Source: a virus. From it: 64,000 nucleotides of DNA. The notes under the pieces are model-generated. The model saw only the letters and a list, made by a program, of their open reading frames with translations. It was not told the DNA's origin and did not search any database. Positions 48,292-55,826 of the stretch are shown one piece after another (position 1 is the stretch's first letter; each line of letters starts with the position of its first letter). The stretch covers positions 8,335 through 72,334 of the IMG/VR virus record IMGVR_UViG_3300046821_000076; one strand, given 5' to 3'. The position numbers and the translations under genes are program-made.

Positions 48292-49002
48292 ATGGTATCG
48301 CATATTAAAGATATTACAGGTATTAAATTCGGATCGCTTACTGCTATTAAATTAGCTTATGTTAAGAACAGACGGACTTATTGGGAGTATAGCTGCGTAT
48401 GCGGTAAAACTCACATTGCACGTGCTAGTACTGTAACTTATGAGGTAACTCGCAAAAACGATCCTGAATTACCATCATGCGGATGTATAGACGTAGCTAG
48501 AAAAACTAAACATGGTTTTCATAAAACTAATGATTTACACCCTGCCTATATAGCCTATAGAAATATGATGGCTAGATGCTACAACCCTAATGACACTGGC
48601 TATAAACGGTATGGAGCAGTAGGGGTAACTGTAGCAGACTGTTGGAAAGGTAACCCTGAAGCTTTTGTTAAATGGTCTCTTGAAAATGGATGGGATAAAA
48701 ACCTACACATTGATAAAGATATTAAATGTAAAGCCATGGGGATCTACCCTCATATATACAGTCCTGATACCTGTACTTGGACTACTGCTAAACTTAATGT
48801 AGCAGAAGCCACGAATAGAACTAATTACGGCAAACGTCCTAACATCAAGCTAAGCCAAGAAGAAGTAGATGAGATTCTTCATCTCTACTCCAGTGGAGAG
48901 ATTACTAACCAATCTGAGCTTGCTAGAATGTACGGAGTAACCCCAAGTTCTATATGTAGATTGATACCACTAGAATTAAATAAACGTAACAAGCTGATTT
49001 AA
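48292..49002 (+). CDS. Free-standing HNH-type homing endonuclease with C-terminal HTH
   Basis: FGSLT..CVCG..SCGC, YRNMMARCYNPN..YKRYG, HIDKD..YSPDTCTW, QSELARMYGVTPSSI HTH. Confidence 0.85.
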   Translation: MVSHIKDITGIKFGSLTAIKLAYVKNRRTYWEYSCVCGKTHIARASTVTYEVTRKNDPELPSCGCIDVARKTKHGFHKTNDLHPAYIAYRNMMARCYNPNDTGYKRYGAVGVTVADCWKGNPEAFVKWSLENGWDKNLHIDKDIKCKAMGIYPHIYSPDTCTWTTAKLNVAEATNRTNYGKRPNIKLSQEEVDEILHLYSSGEITNQSELARMYGVTPSSICRLIPLELNKRNKLI

Positions 49003-49006
49003 GATA

Positions 49007-49258
49007 ATGATCGATATTCTTATCGTAGACACACCTATAGATAGATTAAATAAACTAGCTACTCTGTTTAAAGGTCATTGTTATTGGTTTAAGCATAATA
49101 CAGGTAAACTACTAATAAGACAGTTCTCAGCCTTTAATAGCGATACATCCACATATTCCAGCTTATCTGAAGATGATTTAGCAACACTAGAATTCTTACC
49201 TGACTTTGACACAAGATATACATACCTGTTATCGTTGTCTCTCGGTATCAATGCCTGA
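49007..49258 (+). CDS. Hypothetical protein
   Basis: 83-aa ORF adjacent to HNH gene; weak RBS. Confidence 0.55.
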   Translation: MIDILIVDTPIDRLNKLATLFKGHCYWFKHNTGKLLIRQFSAFNSDTSTYSSLSEDDLATLEFLPDFDTRYTYLLSLSLGINA

Positions 49259-49261
49259 CTT

Positions 49262-49450
49262 AGTGGCTTAAGAGTTTATGACTCTTACCACCTATGCTAT
49301 TTAATTCCTTGGATAGTATGTGGTGTAACTAGGTAGCCTAGGTTTAATTTCATTTACCTACTCCTTACGCTTCCCTCCGTATGGCGAAAGAGGGAACCCA
49401 TTCAGTTTATAGCCTATAACTCTACCCCAAGATGTTATAGGTTTTTTTTT
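49262..49450 (+). ncRNA. Candidate structured non-coding RNA ending in an intrinsic terminator
   Basis: Four consecutive stem-loops plus AGCCTATAAC/GTTATAGGTT-T-run terminator; no credible ORF. Confidence 0.35.
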
Positions 49451-49471
49451 TATCTAAACCAAGGAACAGTA

Positions 49472-49810
49472 ATGAAAACTATATACTTGCCTCCAACCTA
49501 CATAATACCTAATGGTAGTGTGATTTCCTGGAGCTTTCCTGCTACAGATTTCGATAGTGATATTCAAAAACTTATCTCAAAGCTTGACCTTATACGCATA
49601 GAAGGTGGCAACCATAACTACGCATTTAATCTCTTACCTACCCACCATGCTCCATTAGTTTTCGCATTTCACGAGACTAATTTGCTTATGCAGTTAGTGA
49701 CGGGAGAATCAGATAGCTTTTACCTCAAAGCTGCTCTACGTGAATTTATGAATGCTTTTATAGTATTCAATTCCAAAGGTGATCGAGTGTACCCAGAGGA
49801 TATTATCTAA
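49472..49810 (+). CDS. Hypothetical protein
   Basis: AAACCAAGGAA RBS context. Confidence 0.7.
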   Translation: MKTIYLPPTYIIPNGSVISWSFPATDFDSDIQKLISKLDLIRIEGGNHNYAFNLLPTHHAPLVFAFHETNLLMQLVTGESDSFYLKAALREFMNAFIVFNSKGDRVYPEDII

Positions 49811-50124
49811 TGCTTAAAGCGTATAAAACTGCGTGTAGACGAAGAAGCTTAAGAGTTGAATTAGTATCTGATTTTTTAGATGCTAGAGCGCTTGAGGAAC
49901 ACCGTATCGAGTTAGACTGCGTAAGCTTATCACCGGAAATGTACATTTCACTATTCAGATCATCCAGATACCCTCTTGTTAATATAGACGAGTATTTCAA
50001 TTATGCTGAGTTAATGGGCATTAATCTCGCTACAGATTCTAAAGCACGCGAAGAATCCTTCGCAATACTTTTAGAAATCTTAGAAACGAAATATGGCATT
50101 GAGTATGTTGAGGCTGAAAAGTAG
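49810..50124 (+). CDS. Hypothetical protein
   Basis: TAATG coupling, GAGGA RBS. Confidence 0.7.
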   Translation: MLKAYKTACRRRSLRVELVSDFLDARALEEHRIELDCVSLSPEMYISLFRSSRYPLVNIDEYFNYAELMGINLATDSKAREESFAILLEILETKYGIEYVEAEK

Positions 50125-50195
50125 AGCACCCTTTGGGTGCTTTTGTGGGAACTATCTAGTTCTTTCAATTAACCTCACTACTTAGGAGATAGGCA

Positions 50196-50492
50196 ATGCT
50201 TATTTCAGATTCAGACACACAATCTTTAATTGCTGATGCTGTTAATGCAAAGCAACAAGGCGTGAAGCTCACTCAAGAAGATTTAGCATTGGCTTATGGT
50301 ATTAGTACTACAAGTGTAAGACGTGTTCTTGCAGAGGCTAAACTGGTTGAGTTCAAATCTCATAAATGCCAATGGGAAGATGACCTAATCCAATGTCTTA
50401 AATCCCATGGGTTAGACAGCCTGCAAACACTAAGTAGCTTTATCGCTAAGGCTAAACAAAATGAACACGCAATCCAATCAGCACAAGCTTAA
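50196..50492 (+). CDS. Helix-turn-helix DNA-binding protein
   Basis: TQEDLALAYGISTTSVRRVLAE HTH; AGGAG RBS. Confidence 0.8.
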   Translation: MLISDSDTQSLIADAVNAKQQGVKLTQEDLALAYGISTTSVRRVLAEAKLVEFKSHKCQWEDDLIQCLKSHGLDSLQTLSSFIAKAKQNEHAIQSAQA

Positions 50493-50637
50493 ACACAATC
50501 CGATGTATTCAACAGCTAATAGCTTAGATGAAGCATTAGCTGAAATTAAAACTCGATTACCTATCGAAAACAGTATTCAACTTAAAGCAGCTCTTATGCT
50601 GTACCACAACACGTTAATCAAGGAATTAAACAAATGA
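50461..50637 (+). CDS. Small protein (58 aa, not in ORF track)
   Basis: ...ALMLYHNTLIKELNK; ATGA overlap with ATPase start; fills gap. Confidence 0.6.
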   Translation: MNTQSNQHKLKHNPMYSTANSLDEALAEIKTRLPIENSIQLKAALMLYHNTLIKELNK

Positions 50638-51689
50638 CTATTTCAAGCAACCGTGTAAACGTAACTCTTGCTGACGCTAAACCAATGGTTAAAGCGTTAA
50701 TCGCATCAGGTATTCCTACTAACCTCTTATCTAGCCCTGGGCTTGGAAAGAGTGACTTGATCAAAGCAATCGCAAAAGAATTAAATCTAAAGTTGATTGA
50801 TATTCGTCTATCTACTTGCGATCCTTGCGATCTATCAGGACTACCTAACATTCAGAATGGACGTTCTGTATGGAGTCCTAACCAAGCATTCCCATTACAA
50901 AACATGGATGAAGTACCTGAAGGTTACGAAGGCTGGTTACTTTTTCTTGATGAGATCACCAATGCTCCTATGGCAGTACAGGCAGCGTCATATCGTCTAA
51001 TCCTAGATCGTGAAGTAGGACAGTACAAATTACATGACAAAGTATTCATCGCTTCAGCAGGTAATTTAATTACTGACGCTGCAGCAGTTACAGGTGAAAT
51101 GTCTACAGCATTGAAATCTCGTATGGCTCACATCAACATTCAAGTATCAGCGGATGCTTGGTTAGAGTGGGCAGATAAACCAGAGAATAGTGTGCATTAC
51201 GCAATTACTTCTTATATCCGTTTTAAACGTGAAACTGGTTTATATACATTCAATCCAGATGTAGATGCAGATACTTATGCATGTCCTCGTTCATGGGGTA
51301 TGGCAGCTAAGATCATTGATAACGTAGGTATTGATAACAACAGTATCCAAATGTTATTGGGTTCAGTGTTATCTATGGGTGTAGCTTTAGAATTCATGAC
51401 ATTCGTGAAGTACTACTCAAACTTACCTACATTAAAAGAAATCTTACGTGATCCGCATAATGCACGTATGCCTACAGAGCGTGGACCACTATTCGCACTA
51501 TCAGGCTTAGTATCTACGTCTATGGATAAAGACAACGCAGGTACGTTATTGGAATACGTAAAACGTATGCCTTCAGAAATGCAAGCAGCTACTGCTATTC
51601 CTGCATTCAAACGTACACCTGCAATCCTAACAGTAACTGCAGTACGTGAATGGTTACAGCCATACATCGCTAAGTTACGTCAAGACTAA
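50634..51689 (+). CDS. MoxR-like AAA+ ATPase (N4 gp24-like)
   Basis: SSPGLGKS, IDIRLS, LFLDE, AGN, CPRSW motifs. Confidence 0.9.
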   Translation: MTISSNRVNVTLADAKPMVKALIASGIPTNLLSSPGLGKSDLIKAIAKELNLKLIDIRLSTCDPCDLSGLPNIQNGRSVWSPNQAFPLQNMDEVPEGYEGWLLFLDEITNAPMAVQAASYRLILDREVGQYKLHDKVFIASAGNLITDAAAVTGEMSTALKSRMAHINIQVSADAWLEWADKPENSVHYAITSYIRFKRETGLYTFNPDVDADTYACPRSWGMAAKIIDNVGIDNNSIQMLLGSVLSMGVALEFMTFVKYYSNLPTLKEILRDPHNARMPTERGPLFALSGLVSTSMDKDNAGTLLEYVKRMPSEMQAATAIPAFKRTPAILTVTAVREWLQPYIAKLRQD

Positions 51690-51757
51690 TTAAACATATA
51701 AATACCTCCCTATTTAGGGAGGTTATTTATCTAAGCACCTCATATACAGAGATTCTT

Positions 51758-52969
51758 ATGAAACGTATTATTCCAACACAAGAACAGCAAGAAGTTCTAT
51801 CAAGAACATTGACTCATATCCTTATTCGTCCTGATAACGCTTTCTACGCATCTCTAGCATTAGGTGCTGAAACTTATTGGTCAAACGATATTCCTACAGC
51901 AGCTACCAACGGTAAAGACCTTGTCTTTAATCCTCAGTGGTTTACCTCTTTAAACAAAGAAGAACGTATTGGGTTAATTCTACATGAGTTAATGCACATG
52001 GTTTATCACCATACTATTCGTATCGGTAATCGCGATCCTGAGCTATGGAACGTAGCAGGGGATCATGTAATTAATACCGAGCTTAAGAAGAGTGGTTACA
52101 CACTTCCTAAAGGAGGTTGTTGTGATATGCGTTTTCAGGGTATGGAAACAGAAGAGGTATACAACATCCTCTGGGACGAAGAACAACAACAACCAGGAAA
52201 ACACAAAAACAACATGCCTGACTTATTACTCCCAGGAGAAGATGATTCAGATTCTCAAGGTCAATCTGCAGGAGAAAAAAGCCAAGGAGGGGATAGTGAA
52301 GGTAATATCCCAACTCCTTCTAAAGAAGAGATTGAACAGCACATCAAAGAACAATTAGTTCAAGCTGTACAATCTGCTCAACTGAAAGGACAAGCAGGAA
52401 ATATCCCTGGGAACATCGTACGAGATTTACAAAAGCTATTACAGCCTAAGTTACCTTGGAAACAGATTCTACGTAAGTTTCTATTCTCTATGAATAAGAC
52501 AGATTATTCATGGACTAAACCAAACAGACGATATATCCATCAAGGGATTATCTTACCTAGTCTTCATGGAGAATCATTAGGGCAAATTGATTTTGCTATT
52601 GATACTTCAGGCTCTGTAAGCATAGCTGACTTCAACCGTTTCATCAGTGAGATTGCTTATGTATTTAAGCAGTTTAAACCAGACGGTATAGGTGTATATC
52701 AATTCGATCACATCCTACAGTCTACAGACAAGGTAGCTACTCTTAATGACTTCATGAAATTAGAATTCAAAGGAGGAGGGGGTACTAATATCGAACCTGT
52801 ACTTGAGTACTATAAAGCTCAAAGTAAAGGTAAAGCGTTAATTGTACTTACTGATGGATACTTCCACCACACTGCTGAAATGAATCCAAACAAACCTGTT
52901 ATCTGGCTTATCTACGATAACCCTAACTGGCAACCTCCATTTGGTAAAGCAGTCTACTTTGACAACTAA
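51758..52969 (+). CDS. Metallopeptidase-like + vWA domain protein (DUF2201 / N4 gp25-like)
   Basis: TAATNG, HELMH, WNVAGD; IDTSGS MIDAS, GGGT, LTDG. Confidence 0.9.
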   Translation: MKRIIPTQEQQEVLSRTLTHILIRPDNAFYASLALGAETYWSNDIPTAATNGKDLVFNPQWFTSLNKEERIGLILHELMHMVYHHTIRIGNRDPELWNVAGDHVINTELKKSGYTLPKGGCCDMRFQGMETEEVYNILWDEEQQQPGKHKNNMPDLLLPGEDDSDSQGQSAGEKSQGGDSEGNIPTPSKEEIEQHIKEQLVQAVQSAQLKGQAGNIPGNIVRDLQKLLQPKLPWKQILRKFLFSMNKTDYSWTKPNRRYIHQGIILPSLHGESLGQIDFAIDTSGSVSIADFNRFISEIAYVFKQFKPDGIGVYQFDHILQSTDKVATLNDFMKLEFKGGGGTNIEPVLEYYKAQSKGKALIVLTDGYFHHTAEMNPNKPVIWLIYDNPNWQPPFGKAVYFDN

Positions 52970-52978
52970 GGTACAACC

Positions 52979-53146
52979 ATGAATTGCAGTTATTGTAATA
53001 AACCTATCATCCTTGTACCTTCTGCCAAAGAACGAGCAGCCAAGGATACTTCAGGTAAAACCGCAAAGGATTATGAACGCCTGTTTACTCAACATGCTGA
53101 ATGTATCTTGAAGAGACGTCACACCACCATAAACACTCAAGCCTAG
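52979..53146 (+). CDS. Small putative zinc-finger protein (55 aa, not in ORF track)
   Basis: MNCSYCNKPIILVPSAKERA...LFTQHAEC (CxxC...HxxC); AAGGT RBS. Confidence 0.7.
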   Translation: MNCSYCNKPIILVPSAKERAAKDTSGKTAKDYERLFTQHAECILKRRHTTINTQA

Positions 53147-53186
53147 ATTACTAGGCTTACCTTCAAATACACATCAAGGAACTACC

Positions 53187-53747
53187 ATGACACGTTTAAC
53201 TAAAACCATCAAAACAGACATTAAAGGTCTTATCCGAGATAAGGCAATTAACCCTAGAGAGTTAGCCTTAGAAGCAAAGAAACAAGATTTCTTACTTAAA
53301 GCTTTTTGGGGACAAATCTCTAAATATGAATACCAAGCATGGAAAATGCTACCTGAAGCCTTATACAAAGCTGTAACGAATACTACATACAGATTACATG
53401 TAAAAGATCGTGCTTTAGGGAGCATAGAGGCTCCCTTTAATGAATATATCGCATACCCTCGTAATATGACTATGTGGATGACGTACGAAGTACTACCTCC
53501 GCACTTACAGCAAGAGTTTAAAGAACTCATTAAAGAAATTGATGTTCACGATGCTTATGTTGCAGAAGTAATGTCTAACTTAGACGTAACACTTAACTCG
53601 TGTACTACTGTTAAAAAGTTACGTGAGCTTTGGGTTAACGGTGCTGAGATCATTGATAAAGCATTAGGGCAATCCCAACAGTCACCTACAGTATATATGC
53701 CTATGGTAGCTATACAAACACTAGATGCATTAGTGCCTTTACCTTAA
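53187..53747 (+). CDS. Nmad5-like protein
   Basis: MTRLTKTIK N-terminus and LNSCTTVKKLRELW C-terminal motif. Confidence 0.6.
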   Translation: MTRLTKTIKTDIKGLIRDKAINPRELALEAKKQDFLLKAFWGQISKYEYQAWKMLPEALYKAVTNTTYRLHVKDRALGSIEAPFNEYIAYPRNMTMWMTYEVLPPHLQQEFKELIKEIDVHDAYVAEVMSNLDVTLNSCTTVKKLRELWVNGAEIIDKALGQSQQSPTVYMPMVAIQTLDALVPLP

Positions 53748-53757
53748 GGAGATTACC

Positions 53758-54105
53758 ATGGGTTATCGTTCAGAACTGCACGCAGTAGTTGGACTCGTTG
53801 ACTTACTTGAGTTTGAACGTCTGATCAAAGAAGCAGACCTAGCAGATTGTTTTGAAGAACACGACAAATCAGACTTAGCTGTAGAATTTCGAGCTTCACA
53901 TTTAAAATGGTATGACGGATACGCTGATGTAGATAAGATCAATGAATTCTTTAATAACAGTAAATTCTCGATTTTATTACGTATAGGTGAAGAGTTTCCA
54001 GACAAAGAATACTACACAGGCAATTCTGATCTAGAACAGCTATTCAATCTATGTATAGATGTTGGTACTGATATTAGCTGGTATGAAAACTGTCTTGAAG
54101 AATGA
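53758..54105 (+). CDS. Conserved phage hypothetical protein
   Basis: MGYRSE, LKWYDGY.DV, LRIGEE motifs; AAGGAG RBS. Confidence 0.75.
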   Translation: MGYRSELHAVVGLVDLLEFERLIKEADLADCFEEHDKSDLAVEFRASHLKWYDGYADVDKINEFFNNSKFSILLRIGEEFPDKEYYTGNSDLEQLFNLCIDVGTDISWYENCLEE

Positions 54106-54153
54106 GGGAACTTTGTTCCCTTTTTTGATGCCTTAACTTTTCAAGGAATAACC

Positions 54154-55317
54154 ATGCAACTAAACCAAGGACAACAGAAAGCTTTAGATACTCTATTAGC
54201 TGCTGTTATTGATCCAACGCAGAAGCTTATTACATTAAGTGGTCCTGCAGGTTCAGGTAAGACTACTATCCTCAAACAGCTCGTTAAAGAGCTTAAAGAC
54301 TTAGCAGTGTTAATGCCTGAGTACGTAACCACATGGCACTTTACTGCTACAACTAATAAAGCAGTAGCTGCATTATCTGATGCTATTGGGCCTATAGCAG
54401 AAGTTACTACTATCCATAGCTTGCTTGGTTTAATACCTCAACAAGGTAAGCTAAAAAAACGAAAACCTGGAACAGTTCAACGTAAAAGTATTGTCGTTAT
54501 TGACGAAGCTTCATATATCGGAGAAGAGCTTGCTGAATTCATTGTTCCAATTGTAGATCAAGTATCCTTAATTATCTTTGTAGGGGACAGATACCAACTC
54601 CCTCCAGTTAAGGATAAAATCTCAGATATCTTCGATCCTAAGATTATTCCTCAGATTGAGCTTACCCAAGTAATGCGACAAGCAGATGGCAATCCTATCC
54701 AAGAACTGTCATTAGCTTTACGTGATGTAGTCAAACACCACGGAGAACCTAATATCACATTAGATGATGTTAATATCTCATGGCTTAACAGTGATGACTT
54801 TATCAAAGCATTCTGTAGTGACTGTATCATCTCAGCTTCAGGTACTGTACGTGCATTAGCATGGACAAACCAAACAGCTCAACACTATAACGAACAGGCA
54901 GCTCTTGCATGTAACGGCAGAACTGAGTTTCATGCAGGAGATATTGTAGTAAACAATCATTACTTCAAGAGTAGTCAACAGTCTATTCCTACAGATGCGA
55001 CAGTACATATTTATAGTACTTCGCCTTGGTATACCGAACATGGTAAAACCATGAGAAGTATAGCTACTTCATATGGTGAGCTTACTGAGCTTCATAAAGA
55101 CTCTACAGCTACTCCAGAACAAAGACTGTATTACTATCCTGATCTCCGCTATACATATGCATCTACCATTAATAAAGCTCAAGGCAGTACTTACGATACT
55201 GTCTATATTGATCTTAATGATTTAGCTAAATGCTCTGATCGTGATCTACAGCTACGTTTATTATATGTAGCTGTTTCAAGAGCACGCCATAAAGTAGTAT
55301 TCACAGGTGACCTATGA
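54154..55317 (+). CDS. SF1 Dda/RecD-like DNA helicase (N4 gp37-like)
   Basis: GPAGSGKT, IDEAS, GDRYQLPPV, MRQ, KAQGST, YVAVSRA. Confidence 0.93.
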   Translation: MQLNQGQQKALDTLLAAVIDPTQKLITLSGPAGSGKTTILKQLVKELKDLAVLMPEYVTTWHFTATTNKAVAALSDAIGPIAEVTTIHSLLGLIPQQGKLKKRKPGTVQRKSIVVIDEASYIGEELAEFIVPIVDQVSLIIFVGDRYQLPPVKDKISDIFDPKIIPQIELTQVMRQADGNPIQELSLALRDVVKHHGEPNITLDDVNISWLNSDDFIKAFCSDCIISASGTVRALAWTNQTAQHYNEQAALACNGRTEFHAGDIVVNNHYFKSSQQSIPTDATVHIYSTSPWYTEHGKTMRSIATSYGELTELHKDSTATPEQRLYYYPDLRYTYASTINKAQGSTYDTVYIDLNDLAKCSDRDLQLRLLYVAVSRARHKVVFTGDL

Positions 55318-55826
55318 CAACACGATATTCAGCTAAAGATAAACGTGATTTATCTATAGCACTTTTAAAAGCAATACAAGAACCTGCTGAAGGTATTCTA
55401 AAAAAAGTAGCTTTAGAGTTTTGTAATAGACAAGCTGCATTAGACCCTAATGGAATTATGCAATTTAGATATGCAGACACGTTATATAGATATCCAGATG
55501 ACCCTCCACAGCGTTTAGCTAAAACATTGCATACATCTCTTCAAGAAGAGTTTTTCCCTCACTTCCAATACTACGTATTAGATATGAATAAGCTAGTCGC
55601 TAGTGTTCGGTATTTACTCTCTGACACTACAAGACTGGCTACTTGTCATGAAGACTTGTATGCTCTGCTTCCTGAAGCTTTTCACGAAACTCTAAATAAC
55701 CTGTCATACGGTGCAGACTATGCTCGTAGTTTGCTTCCACAGGACTTAGAGCAGCATAGACAGAAGTACAAAGAACTCTTTGAAGAGATCAATATACGCA
55801 TATTCCTCGGGGTAGTTAACGAATGA
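55314..55826 (+). CDS. Hypothetical protein (N4 gp38 position)
   Basis: Between helicase and polymerase with ATGA overlaps. Confidence 0.75.
   Translation: MTTRYSAKDKRDLSIALLKAIQEPAEGILKKVALEFCNRQAALDPNGIMQFRYADTLYRYPDDPPQRLAKTLHTSLQEEFFPHFQYYVLDMNKLVASVRYLLSDTTRLATCHEDLYALLPEAFHETLNNLSYGADYARSLLPQDLEQHRQKYKELFEEINIRIFLGVVNE

Noticed and set aside
49262-49450. tRNA gene
   Set aside because: No T-loop GTTC motif, acceptor stem or cloverleaf; no tRNA recognised anywhere in the window
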